Shown here in pieces: positions 24,801 through 38,037 of a stretch of 64,000 nt of DNA. This stretch comes from Bispira polyomma. Lineage: Eukaryota. Position 1 is the stretch's first letter, and the number at the start of each line of letters is the position of its first letter. Where the stretch lies: positions 11,966,001-12,030,000 of the forward strand of contig OZ287759.1 of NCBI GenBank assembly GCA_965649765.1, read 5' to 3'. A program made the position numbers and the translations under genes. A model generated the notes under the pieces. That model was not told the origin of the DNA, did not search any database, and saw nothing but the letters and a program-made list of their open reading frames with translations.

Positions 24801-27422
24801 GATCATGTATTAAGAAGAAAACATTAAATTGCTATTTCATTAATTGTGTGAAATAAGCTGACAATTATTTTAAACATATTCCAGGCATTTTTATTTTTGT
24901 TAAACATATGTATAGAAAAAAGTATTTTTATTAGTAATTTATTAATAACATATAATTAACATGTTAACATGTTTTGTTAGAATATTTAAACCAGCCTGTA
25001 GAACACCATCCTGTAGCTACACAACAAACTACTCTAAAGTATGATGTGAGGCACACAGGTTTCTTTATCACAGTGGATGGTAGTGACCTGACCCCAGGCT
25101 GTGTGGGTGACTACAACGATGGCTTTAACCAGAGTACTTTTTCACAGGTAGGTACAATTACCATAGTACCTTGTCATTTGTTGGGACCATGACAAGAGTA
25201 TCTTTTAATAGATTAATACAATGACCAGAGTACCTTGTAATATGTAGGGACCATAAAAAGAGTACCTTGTAATATGTAGGTATAATAATCAGAGTACCTT
25301 TTACTAGGTAGGTATAACGACCAGAGTATCTTCTAATAGGTAGGTACAGTAACCAGAGTACCTTCCCATAGGTAGGTAAAATGACCAGTATGATAATCAT
25401 TAATTAATAATTATTCATTCGATACATTACTGTGAAATTATTATCCCGACCTGGGTTCTTTAACCTGTCACCCAATTGTTCAGTCTCAGCTCCCTCAGGA
25501 AGCATACTAGCGGTGCTGCCACATACAGGGCACAAAGAATAACACCCTTTGGCAGCTAGGTACCCATTTATACACCTGAGTAGGGAGGTAAAATTACTAG
25601 GTAGGTACAATGACCAAAGCATCTTTTAATAGGTTGGTCTATTGATCAGAGTACCTTGTAATAGTTAGATATAATAGATAGGTACAATGACCAAAGTATC
25701 TTTTAATAGGTCCTCTGATCATAATAGTACCTTGTAATAGTTAGGTATAACAATGTATGTTCTAAAAATGATCAGAGTATCTCCTAATATGTTGGTTTAG
25801 TGGCAGGTTGGTGACTAAAGTACCTAACTCACCCGTGTGCCATATTAATGGTATGATCCGATGGTGTCTTTTGATCATAGTTAAACCGTTTAACCACACT
25901 CTTCATGTAGTTTATTGCAAAACAATACATTTGAACTAGCTAGTAGGTATGCGGAAAACTCATAAATTTTGAAAAAATTAAATTTAAAAGTTAAATTGTT
26001 ATGATAACCTTTTTTAAATTCCACTTCTAGATCAAGTCTGTGGAAGATATGATCACAACCGGTACTATGTGTGCAGGTACTGGAGTGATAGTAGAAACTG
26101 TAACTACCACATTATCAGCCCAAGGCAGTCAGGTAGATGTTTTTAACAATGTGTATATGCACAGAAATCTGTTTATCTGAACGTTTTTGATGTTCAGATA
26201 GATAAAAGCAATATTTCAGTGCATCGGCCCAAGTGTGCAATTGGGGAAAAGTCTGGAATTTTAAAGTTTCAACTTCAGTGTTCACTGATAAATGTACAGA
26301 ACATGTATTAAGTAGTTATTCTTAATAAAATAGTTTCATAGGAAATATTGGTTAAATTTTAAATATTTAGTAATTTATGATGGCAACGTTTGCACGGTGT
26401 TCTTAAAATCAAATAACACTGCCTTGATAAATGGAGCGATTGAAATCAGTTTTTATAACACAAATTAACACTTTAGAATAAAAAAACAGGTCTGTATAGA
26501 AAGGGTATTTATTGTTTCTAATGCTTTGTGTTATGAAGTATAACACAGTGTTGGAATGTTTTGGTAAAATGCTTGATTATCATCCTTGAAGGAATTTTTT
26601 TTTTTTTAACTCTGAGACCTTGGTTCGGTGAATCAGGATGAACAGAGGATCAACGGATGTCGGATGCACAGATTTATTCTGACAATATGTCATGCTTATA
26701 GGGTTCTACTTTTAAAATGTTGCTGGGGCCTATTGTACACATGTTATACATCTTACATGGCCCTACTTTACATATGTTCTACATCTTACATGGCTTTATT
26801 TGACACATGTTATACATCTTACATGGCCCTACTTTACACATGTTATACATCTTACATGGCCTACTTTACTCATGTTATACATCTTACATGGCCTTATTTT
26901 ACACATGTTACACCTTACATGGCCTTATTTTACACATGTTATACACCTTACATGGCCTTATTTTACACATGTTATACACCTTACATGGCCTTTTTTTACA
27001 CATGTTATACATCTTACATGGCTCTAATTTACACATGTTATACATCTTGCAGGGCCCTATGTTATACATGTTATACATTTTACAGGGATCTATTTTACAT
27101 GTCCATACATTTTACAGGGCCCTATTATAAACACATTATACATTTTACAGGGCCCTACTTTAAACACATTACTCATCTCACAGGGCTCCACTTTGAACTC
27201 ATTATACATTTACATTATACATTACAGGGTTCTTCCCACCAGAGATACATCATTGAGCTTGATGATGGCAGCCTGGCACAAGAGGTGTTTAGCTGTGCAG
27301 ATGAGGTTTCCGCCTTCTTGTCTCCTCATAGTAGCTGGGTCCAGCCCATCATGCCTTCAGTTAGTGGCTGTCCTATTCTGGAGTTTGACCCACAAATGTT
27401 CACTGAGGACAGCCAAGAGTGA
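21871..27422 (+). CDS. Secreted IgGFc-binding-domain protein, paralogue A (~755 aa)
   Basis: Exons 21871-21898, 22135-22167, 22483-23736, 23932-24101, 24198-24296, 24569-24788, 24981-25147, 26031-26132, 27228-27422; all GT-AG with consistent phases. Signal peptide MQQCRKILYVLLVSLLRTAA. FCGBP-N-like motifs SEG..F, ENKGILI, DFTGYYITANKPVSVTSGNPCA, GYGFIAG. Confidence 0.85.
25125..25790 (+). repeat. 32-bp minisatellite starting in exon 7 and spanning its splice donor (gene A)
   Basis: Unit TGACCAGAGTACCTTGTAATAGGTAGGTACAA; interrupted by a SINE-like fragment at ~25420-25590. Confidence 0.85.
26690..27230 (+). repeat. 33-bp minisatellite ending at the exon-9 acceptor (gene A)
   Basis: Unit CATGTTATACATCTTACA(T/G)GGCCCTACTTTACA. 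Confidence 0.9.
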
Positions 27423-28160
27423 TTGTGTGTGGAATAGTTTTTCTTTGAAAAAAATGCATTGTCATGTAATTGTCAATAAATAAAATCAAGGTATCTGTTG
27501 TTATTCATTTGTTCTTTAATAAAGGCAGCTATATTTACTATTCATAGAAAACGTGTACAATATTAAGTATTTTATTTTGTTCATTTATTATAGTGACCTG
27601 TTACCAATTTTTAAGAAAATACAGTACACAATAACACAATACACCCATCCCATCATTGAGTTTGTATGCCACTCTAAACATTAACTTACACAAGTGTGTG
27701 TGTGAGTATTATATTTAGACTAATATATAAATACAAGGGGAAATCTTATCTAAATACATACTTTATACACAATACGTAATATATTTTACAGTATTATTAT
27801 CTGAATGGTGGTTGTTTGTAGAATAGTTATTCTTTGAAAAAAGCTTTGTGACTTGTAATTGTCAATAAATAAAATCAAGGTATCTCCAACTGTTGTTATT
27901 CATTTGTTCTTTAATAAAGGCAGCTATATTTACTATTCACAGTAAATGTGTACAATAATAAATATTTTATTTTGTTCATTTATTATAGTGACATATTTCT
28001 AATTTTCCGAAAATACAATACACATTAAAATAACACAGCCAGCCACCATTTTGTGTGTGGGTATTATATTTAGACTAATATATAAATACAAGGGTTAATC
28101 TTTTCTAAATACATACTTTATACACAATACATAATATATTTTATAGTACTATTATCTGGA
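27410..28160 (+). repeat. ~390-bp tandem duplication of the stop codon/3' UTR region (gene A)
   Basis: Second unit starts at ~27805 (GGTGGTTGTTTGTAGAATAG); both units contain AATAAA. The same duplication is present in gene B (36905-37650). Confidence 0.85.
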
Positions 28161-28335
28161 CCCATACACACACATATATATGTATGTCTACAAATATTTT
28201 AGAAAGTTTTTGATAGCAAAAAAGATCAGCATGCAGTATTATCAATTGAATACCCTATTTGTATGAATTGTGTGGAAATTTTCTATAATGTTTCAACCAA
28301 AGCATGGTTCCTAACTGCAATATTTGTACAGCATT

Positions 28336-28470
28336 TTATTATTATTATTATTATGCATTTTTAACGCGCTTTTTTGATGCCAGGCATCTTCTAAAGCGCA
28401 ACAGCAGAATCAGTGATCCAATCGTAAATTCCATGGGCATAGCAAGGTCATAAGGGTAGGGGGGTTAACA
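28336..28470 (-). mobile_element. Short L2 3'-tail insertion
   Basis: Reverse complement of GCGCTTTAGAAGATGCCTGGCATC..GCGCGTTAAAAATGCA(TAA)n; the same tail occurs at 37860-37935, 53020-53075 and 55931-56060. Confidence 0.7.
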
Positions 28471-28842
28471 GCTGGTTAATCAGCAAGCAACCAGACTCGG
28501 TATTAATCACCCCGTAGCATCCGGCGGCAAGGGGCGCAACTCCCTTTTATGCTTCACATGGAAACCTGCTTTAGTCACATAATACACATCATCGTTTTGG
28601 GTAATTTACAATTAATTATCTGTAATCATTACACATGGGCTAAATCCTCTTAAGATGGTCTGGTCAAAACGAAAGATTACATTATTAGGTATGACAAACA
28701 TTTGTTTGAGACTTTTTACCCAAGTTATTGGAATTATTACTACAGACTGACTTATATATCACTCTAGACCGAGTATTCTGGCGCCAATGACAGCTTTTTA
28801 AACTGATGTATAGCCGATTGACGACAGTGCAGCTTTCATAAT

Positions 28843-30170
28843 GGGGCTGTCCTGCTATTCCGATAATAGCTTCCGACTGTCACGAATATACAATCGGGAG
28901 CTAATCAGGACAATATTCGGGACAATCGGTGAGTTGTCCCGACTTATCTGGTTACTCGTGCAAATAACCTGTCATGTTAGAAAACCTCTTCATTTAGATG
29001 ACCTGCTGTTGATAGGTCAGACTTAATCGGGATCAATCGTAATATGGTAACATGTATCTGTACCTTAAAACGACCTATCTTTCCTATCGATATGTAAATT
29101 GAGAGCAAATTTTGCTGTTTTGATAAGGATTAATTGCCCCATTAATTCCAATTGGTCTGGGGCACTACAGGTTATTGTCCACTTCACCCGAGTTATCCTG
29201 TCAAATATTAAGGATAGGTCATAAGAATTGGCTTGATGGTGAAGAAAACTCGGGAATGTCATAAGGATAGGTTGTTAACAAGCTCCTGATTCTAAAGACA
29301 ACTCGGGAGAAGTGGCCGATAAATCGTAAGGACGCCTCGACTGTAAAGATAGCTGGGGAAGACTAACGATAGGTTGGCTGGAACAAAAGATAACTTGGGA
29401 GTGAAAGCGATCACTTGGGGGCAAATGGGGGGCAGTAAGACAGTACACTCGTTTTTCACTAGATTCATCCCAGCTTTTAGAGAGGAAACATTGGTAATTT
29501 TTATGATATATGATTATAAACAGGCTTTTATTTTTTGTTATAGAGAATTAGTGAGCTAAGTTAAACAAATATTGCAATTATGCCAGGAAAAAGGAGAGTT
29601 ACAAAGAAAAGGAGGATATAGCCCATACATGAGGACAAAACAGTCATTGATAATGAGTGAGACCCCAGAACTTTTTCATCAGTTGAACCAGCCGACTATG
29701 GATATCACGGATATCCAGGATACCCAGGATACTCAGGATACCCAGCGTATGCAGGATACACCAGACAGTGAGGTGTCAGCTTTCAGTCGCAAACAGAAGA
29801 AGGGGAAAATAAGTACTGTGTTGTTAACCGATGAGCAGGAGGAGGCTGTGGTGGTCTTCCTGAAGGAGTGGCTCTACATGCTCTGGGAGTTCTACTGCTC
29901 AACCAGGAGATTGGATTACACAGAAGTGATAAAGTGGTTCCAGAGGACTATCTTCGGCAAGCTGAGTGTGGGCAAGTCTGGGCAAGCTGTCCCTGAGTTG
30001 ACGGAGCGACAGCAGTGGGTGAAGACCAACTTCCACTTCTTGAAGCCGCATATTAAACATCAGCTCAACAAGTCTGCGGCCTTCAAATCTATCGCATCAG
30101 CTCCTCAGGGGGCTGACCCTCATGAATATTCTGGTGTGTTTGGGGGTGGGGTGGGGGGATACTCGTAATA
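28843..30170 (+). mobile_element. Harbinger/PIF-like remnant with a partial MADF/Myb-like ORF
   Basis: GGGGC start, ATCGGGA-type subterminal repeats, and ORF 29572-30168 with LTDEQEE..VVFLKE...W...FGKL...KSGQA...LTERQQW...FHFLKPHI. Confidence 0.6.
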
Positions 30171-31307
30171 TGCTAACAAGTTATCATAACATACAACAAG
30201 TAGATAAAAAACTAAAAACAAGATCGTAATAATAATATTTCACCTACATATAAGCCCATGGGAATGCGTATGTCATAACTGTCATACTTAATCAGTGTCC
30301 CAAAGGGTTTACATCATACACATAACATTACAATCAGAGGCCGGTAAGCCCGGATGCCAATAAAACTACTAATAAGGTAAAAGGTTACTTTCTAGTAATT
30401 CAAATGACGTAGTTGCCCAACATAACAAACTGATATTTAAAATTTGTAATTTCTAAATACTGAGGGTAATGGCCTGCTTTATTTCTAAAGCATTGGTCAA
30501 TATTCCATGTCCAATATGTAATAAACAAATTTACTACATTTTTAGCCGTATTGCTCTCTAAGTTTTTCTTAAATACTGTAATAACAAGGAGTTCTATTAT
30601 GATACCTTTTTCATATCTAAAATGGGTGTATCTGTATTCGAAATTCAGGAGGACTTTTAACAATACTTAAAAATACAATTGGTCATTGTTACCTTAGGTT
30701 TCATCAGTTAAAGTCAGACAATTGACTTGAATCAGAAGTTTTTCTAAAAACTAATCTTATTAAAATTAGTTTTAAAGAAAGTTTAAATTTTTGACAATTC
30801 TTCTGCACATAAAGACAACTGTTTATCAATGCAAAAAACAAGCATGGGGTACATGTTATGATGTGTTTTACTATAGTTGTATATGTATATGTATACTTTT
30901 AGTTTTCTCACTATTAGTTTATTGAAATTATGACATGTTGCGCAAGTCGTTAAAAGTAATTTGTCTTCTCCAGCTGAGTCATTGAGTGATTGTACCATGT
31001 GTTCTGTGATGGTGCAGACAAGTATAATGTCTCGATGTATAAACATCCACACATAAAATTTAGACTTCGCTCATTCTACAGTAACAGTTCAGTAAATTCA
31101 CGTATGGTATATCAAATTTTTTCAGCGCTGGAGTGTATTGTGAAATTTCTTATCATATCATTTTTTTAGCGCTAGGGTGAATTGCAAAATATCTTATCAC
31201 ACAAACATTTTTTTTGTAACAGACAAAATGCTAGATATATATTCAGCTACGATAACAAGAGAATTCATACATTAGATTTGATTCGTGTGTAGTGCAGAGA
31301 AGACAAA

Positions 31308-34300
31308 ATGCAGCAGTGCCACAAGATTTTATGCGGTAAATTTGTTTAACCTGTTTTAACATTCTTACATATTGCTTTGTTGAAATTTGATTTGTTTCTT
31401 TTTAACTAATTGACTTAATTGGCAAAATTGTTTTAATTGTTACATCTGCAATAACATGATACAAGTGATGTGTAGAGATAAATAACAAAATATTTTTCAT
31501 ACAATATTATTACAAAATATTTTTCAACAATATTATTACAGAACGTATTTATCTTTATTTTTCTTTCTTACAAACAAATGTATATTTATATTTATATATA
31601 CTATGTATATTTACTTTTAGTGTTGCTGGTCAGCTTACTGAGAACGGCAGCAGGTTAAGTATTGACAAAAACACATTTTATATAGAAACGTTCTGAGTAA
31701 TTTCAATGTAATAACTTTGTGTACACTCAGTGAAGAGCTGCTTCTGTCAATGTTAATACAATTAACAAGGTATTAAGAAAATCTCTACAATTTTTGTCAT
31801 TGTATGAATGTTTTCGAAGTAATAATAATTAATTTATTGACTTTATCTGAGAAATTACAGTACAACGTAATTAAGGTGTTGGTGACCTAAAAGTCAGTTA
31901 CTTATTGTATTAAAGTTAAGTTGTATAAGAAATCACATTTCAGCTATTCAATGCCTTTTTTCAGTGTATTTAACAGTAAAGTGTAAAACCATACTTCGTT
32001 GAATATAATAATTTTATGCATATGATTTAATCAAGAAATGTGAAATACAAGTTCTGTTTCCTGTCTACATTGCAGTGTCTGTTCTTTCATCAGAAGGAAA
32101 AAGTTTTGCTCTGTCATTTTCCCAAGCCCGGTCAGATTGGACTGAAGGGGATTGCGTAGTATACATCAATGCTAAACAGGACACCAACGTCACTATCAAC
32201 GAGCCTGACGGCTTTTCTTACACATATGAAATCTTTGCCAATCAGACCTTCAGAAAATATTACTCCCACAGCATAAGAGTGACTGAAGGAGTAGAAAACA
32301 AAGGCATCTTGATAGATGCTTCCGGCGATATCACCGTGATGCTCTCAAACACCAGAAATGATGCCAACATGGATGCCATATTGGCTCTTCCATTGCATAT
32401 AGACACTCAAGAGTACACCATAGTTTCCTATCCATCCACCAATGATATTACCTGTGTGTCAAGTGCTACCTGCAGTTTCTATTCTGTTAATGCATATCAG
32501 GATGACACATTTGTCCAGGTGTACAAGCTGATTGATGGTATGCCTTTGTTTTTACAATCATACACTCTGAATGTGAACGATGTGTTAACTAACAGAACAC
32601 TAAATACTGATGCTGATAGAAGCTATGACTTTACAGGGTATTATATCACTGCCAACAAACCAGTCTCGGTCACTTCAGGAAATCCCTGTGCTGACACCAA
32701 CCCCAATGAAGTTGCAGGGCCTCTGTGGGCCTCCATACCTTCACACCAGTATATAGGGAGCAGCTACATCTCACACACAATAAACTATAACTCTTACTCT
32801 GGTGACACTATTATACGTGTCATGGCTCTCAGTGATGACACAGAAGTCACATTTTCTAGTCTCGCATACCCCATCTCATACAGGGGGCAGTTCCGCGATT
32901 TTGTCCACAATTCTGATACCAATGTAGTCATTCAGTGTGATAAACCTTGCAGTGTTGCTCAGTATAGTACTAATGTTCAGTCAAATCCTTCTGGTGGTGC
33001 TGTTTTCATGATTCTTCTGGTTCCAACTGAAGCCTATGGCACTAATGTGCTTTTCAACAAGCCAGACACTAACTCTGTATCATTGAGTGACTACATGAGC
33101 ATTGTGTATCTAACAGAAAGCCCAGACAGTTCTCCCCTATTCTATGATGGTGTAGCCTTGACAGGGTGGACAACAGTAACAACAGCAGGGTATTCTACCC
33201 TTGAAGTACCAGTTACTGGTTCACGCGAGGTGGCACACAGTCTGAGTTCTACACAAAATATTGGCTTTTCAGCATTGATACATGGTCAAGGAAGTAATGC
33301 TATAGGATATGGTTTTATCGCTGGCTTCAGTAAGTAACACTTTATGTTGTAAGAGTTAAATTTCTTAATAAACTGATGAAATTGTTGTAACAGAATTGAA
33401 AAGAAAAGTTGCCCATATTACTACTTGTGTTTGTGAAAGTCAAAATGCTTAATAAGTTCTATTTCTTGTTACATTATTTTCTATTCATTTGATATTAAAA
33501 CTTGTTTTGGCTGTGTCAGGTGCATCTGGTGATGATACGCCAGGTTCAAATGTTACCAGACCCAGTCCTCAGTACAGAGTATCCATGACAGGAAATTTCG
33601 AAAGTGATGATGGGCTAGACTTTAGTCTGGCTTGTACTGACAGGTATAGTGTGGAAATGAATGATGTGGCATCTGACATGGTCATTCAGGTGAGTATCCT
33701 TTGTACAAAACAAATAAATAAGTCTATAACTTTATGACATAACATAAAATATAAATTGAAAAACAACTTTTAACTTTCCCAACAGGTCAATGGATTCATA
33801 GGATCAAGTTTATGTTCGGAATTAACAACAGAAGATATCAGCGCACTATCTGTATCTACTCCATTTGTCACAAATGGGAATCAGGTAAATATTTATGGAG
33901 AATGTTAAGTCAGATCTTTTCTTTCATAATTAATTTGTAAAAACTGTTTCTTTCGGATCCTCTTGGACTGTGAGATTTCATATGGTTTTATATGTCACTG
34001 TATAATTGTATATATAGTTATCTATCATTGTAATAATAATTCTTTGTTTTTTGTTGCATTACCTGACATTGACCAAATGGTTTGTGATAATTCCTCAATA
34101 CATAACTAGAAGAAGCTTTGTATTAAATTTTGGTACTATTTTGTTATAACCAGGGTTCCACTGAACTAAGGTTTATCCTTTCCCCAAACCTAAACCGACT
34201 TACACAAAGCCAGGTTGTGACCTGTGGTGATGAAATAGGTACTTATCTCCTTGACCATGACAACTGGAGGAATCCTATCCTACCAAAACTACCTACCTGT

Positions 34301-36927
34301 TCTGCGGTGATCTTCAACTCCAGGATGTTTAATGACTCTGGACGAGACTGGCTTTGTCTGAATGCACTGGAAGGTAAAACCAACTGATCATGTATTAAGA
34401 AGAAAACATTAAATTGCTATTTCATTAATTGTGTGAAATAAGCTGACAAATATTTTAAACATATTCCAGGCATTTTTAGTTTTGTTAAGCATATGAATAT
34501 AAAAAAGTATTTTGATTAGTAATTTAATGATAACATATTAATAACATGTTAACATGTTTTGTTAGAATATTTAAACCAGCCTATAGAACGCCATCCTGTA
34601 GCTACACAACAAACTACTCTAAAGTATGATGTGAGGCACACAGGTTTCTTTATCACAGTGGATGGTAGTGACCTGACCCCAGGCTGCGTGGGCGACTACA
34701 ACGATGGCTTTGACCAGAGTACCTTTTCACAGGTAGGTACAATTACCATAGTACCTTGTCATTTGTTGAGGCCATGACAAGAGCATCTTTTAATAGATTA
34801 ATACAATGACCAGAGTGCCTTCTAATATTTAGATATAATCATCAGAGTACCTATTAATACGTAGGTTTAACGACCAGAGTATCTTGTAATAGGTAGTTAC
34901 AGTAACCAGAGTACCTTCCAATAGGTAGGTAAAATGACCAAAACAATAATAACTAATAATTAATTATTCATTCGAGACATTGCTGTGCCATTATTACCCC
35001 ATCCTGGGTTCTTCCACTTGTCAACCAATTGTTCAGTATCAGCTCCATCAGGAAGCATACTAGCAGTGCTGCCACATACAGGGCACAAAAACTAACACTC
35101 ATTACCGGCCAGGTACCCATTTATACACCTGGTTAGGTATTATGACCAGAGTATTTCCTTATATGTTATTTCAGTGTCAGGTTGGTGAATTAAGTACCTA
35201 ACTCACAAGTGTACAAAATTAATGGTATTGTCTTACAACTACATGTAATAGGAATTATAAAAATATCAATGACAGGATTACTATCTTGGCAGTAGGTGCA
35301 ATACTATTTTGTGATGGTATCTTTTGATCAGAGTTGAACAGTTTACCCACCCTCTTCACATAGTTTATTGCAAAACAATACATTTATCTGAACTAGTTGG
35401 TACGTATGCTGAAGACGACTAATTTATTTGGTAAAAATTAAATTTAAAAGTAAAATTGCAATGGTTTCCTTGTTTTAAATTCCATTTCTAGATCAAGTCT
35501 GTTGAAGATATGATCACAGCCGGGACTATGTGTGCAGGTACTGGAGTGATAGTAGAAACTGTAACTACCACATTATCAGCCCAAGGCAGTCAGGTAGATG
35601 TTTTAACAATGTATATATACACAGAAGTCTGTTTATCTGAGCGTCTCTAAAGTTCAGAGAGGTGAAAGCAATATTTCAGTGCATAGGCCCAAGTGTGCAA
35701 ATGGGTAGAAAGTCTGGATTTTAAAGTTTCAACTTCAGTGTTCACTAAGAAATGTAAAGAACATGTATTAAGTAGTTATTCTTAATAAAATGGTTTTATG
35801 GGAAATATTAGTTAAATATTAAATATTCTGTAATTTATGGGTGAAAAGTCCGGGATTTTAAAGTTTCAACTTTAGTGTTTACTGAAATGTAGCGAACATG
35901 TATGAGGTAGTTATTCTTAATTTAATAAAACAGTTTCATAGGAAATATTAGTTAAATATTAAATATCCTGTAATTTTTTTTCAATGATGGCAACGTTTGC
36001 ACGGTGTTCTTAAAATCAATAACACTGCCTTGATAAATGGAGGGATTAAAATCAGCTTTTATAACACAAATTCACACTTTAGACTAAAAAAAAACGGGTG
36101 TACATAGAAAGGGTATTTATTACTTTCTAATGCTTTGTATTATAAAGCTTAACACAGTAAAATGCCTGATTATTGTCCTTGAAGGAATTTTTTTTAAAAA
36201 CTAGGAGACATCTGTCCCATTCTGTAATTAAGAATGAACAGGTCCAATAAACAGACTTCTTTTCTATATATGGCATACCAGTTCTTATAGGGCCCTACTT
36301 TAAACATGTTATACATCTTACAAGGCTCTACTTTTACACATGCCATACATTTTACAGAGTTCTACTTGAAGCACATTGTACATCTTTCAGGGCCCTACTT
36401 TAAACATGTTATACATCTTACAGGGCTCTACTTTTACACATGCCATACATTTTATAGGACTCTACTTTAATCACATTATACATCTTACAGGGTTTTACTT
36501 TAAAAATAATTTTTCATCTTACAGGGCTCTATTTACATGTATTACTTTTTGCAGGGCCCTACTTTAAACACATTATACATTTACAGGGCCCTACTTTAAA
36601 CACATTTTATTTTTCACAGGGCTCTACTTTAAACTCATTATACATTTACATGGCTCTACTTTACATGTATTATACATTTTACAGGGCTCTATTTTACACA
36701 CACTATATATTTTACAGGGGTCTTCCCACCAGAGATACATCTTTGCTCTTGGTGATGGCAGCCTGGCACAAGACGTGTTTAGCTGTGCAGATGAGGTTTC
36801 TGCCTTCTTGTCTCCTCACAGTAACTGGGTCCAGCCCATCATACCTTCAGTTAGTGGCTGTCCAATTCTGGAGTTTGACCCACAAATGTTCACTGAGGAC
36901 AGCCAAAGGTGGTTGTGTGTAGAATAG
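31308..36927 (+). CDS. Secreted IgGFc-binding-domain protein, paralogue B (~760 aa)
   Basis: Exons 31308-31335, 31621-31653, 32076-33329, 33520-33689, 33786-33884, 34154-34373, 34566-34732, 35492-35593, 36718-36927; open frame ending WLCVE*. Confidence 0.87.
36280..36720 (+). repeat. 33-bp minisatellite ending at the exon-9 acceptor (gene B)
   Basis: Units CATTTTACAGGGC(C/T)CTACTTT... Confidence 0.85.
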
Positions 36928-37673
36928 TTATTCTTTGAAAAAAGGTATTTTGACTAGTAATTGTCAATAAATAAAATCAAGGTATCTCTAACTGTTGTTA
37001 TTCATTTGTTCTTTAATAAAGGCAGCTATATTTACTATTCATAGAAAACGTGTACAATATTAAGTATTTTATTTTGTTCATTTATTATAGTGACCTGCTA
37101 CCAATTTTTAAGAAAATACAGTACACAATAACACAATACACCCATCCCATCATTGGGTTTGTATGTCACTCTAAACATTAACTTACACAAGTGTGTGTGT
37201 GAGTATTATATTTAGACTAATATAAATACAAGGGGAAATCTTATCTAAATACATACTTTATACACAATACGTAATATATTTTACAGTATTATTATCTGAA
37301 TGGTGGTTGTTTGTAGAATAGTTATTCTTTGAAAAACAGCTTTGTGACTTGTAATTGTCAATAAATAAAATCAAAGTATCTGTTGTTATTCATTTGTTTT
37401 TTAATAAAGGCAGCTATATTTACTATTCACAGTAAATGTGAACAATATTAAATATTTTATTTTGTTCATTTATTATAGTGACATATTTCTAATTTTCCGA
37501 AAATACAATACACATTAAAATAACACAGCCAGCCACCATTGTGGGTGTGGGTATTGTATTTAGACTAATATATAAATACAAGGTTTAATCTTTTCTAAAT
37601 ACATACTTTATACACAATACATAATATATTTTATAGTACTATTATCTGAACCCATACCCACACATATATATGT

Positions 37674-37935
37674 AAGCTTTCTCCATTGCAGCTCCCTTGT
37701 TATGGAACATTCTACCAGTTGATCTCAGATCGGTTGATATACCCATCGGTTTTAGGAAAAAGCCTAAAACCTATCTTTTTAACCTTTCCTACATACCTTA
37801 GCTTCCCTCTTATCTTTTCTTATGACCTTGCTGTGCCCATGGACTTTACGATTGGATAAATGATTCTGCGGTTTCAATAGAAGATGCGGAGCATCAATAG
37901 GGCACGTTAAAAATTCATAATAATAATAATAATAA
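37674..37935 (+). mobile_element. 5'-truncated L2 3' end with (TAA)n tail
   Basis: Reads AFSIAAPLLWNILP...FRKKPKTYLF, followed by the family tail. Confidence 0.8.
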
Positions 37936-38037
37936 ATATATATATATATATATATAACTGCATGTAAATACATTTATAAGTATAGATAATAGACAAATAA
38001 TAGATTAAAAAGTAATTGCATATAATTATTGTAAAGT

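Larger units (their letters stand above)
13936..28837 (+). repeat. Segmental duplication copy A (homologous to 30186-38640), expanded by TE insertions
   Basis: Colinear matches 13936-14080/30186-30330, 19573/30360, 19890-20040/30420-30575, 21165-28837/30590-38640. Confidence 0.85.

Noticed and set aside
26628-27227. Tyr/Cys/His-rich ORFs (26628-27422, 26800-27027, 26807-27130)
   Set aside because: These are translations of a 33-bp intronic minisatellite that is open in all three frames; only 27228-27422 is exon.
27420-27422. Selenocysteine TGA
   Set aside because: It aligns to Trp rather than Cys in the paralogues, and no SECIS was recognised.
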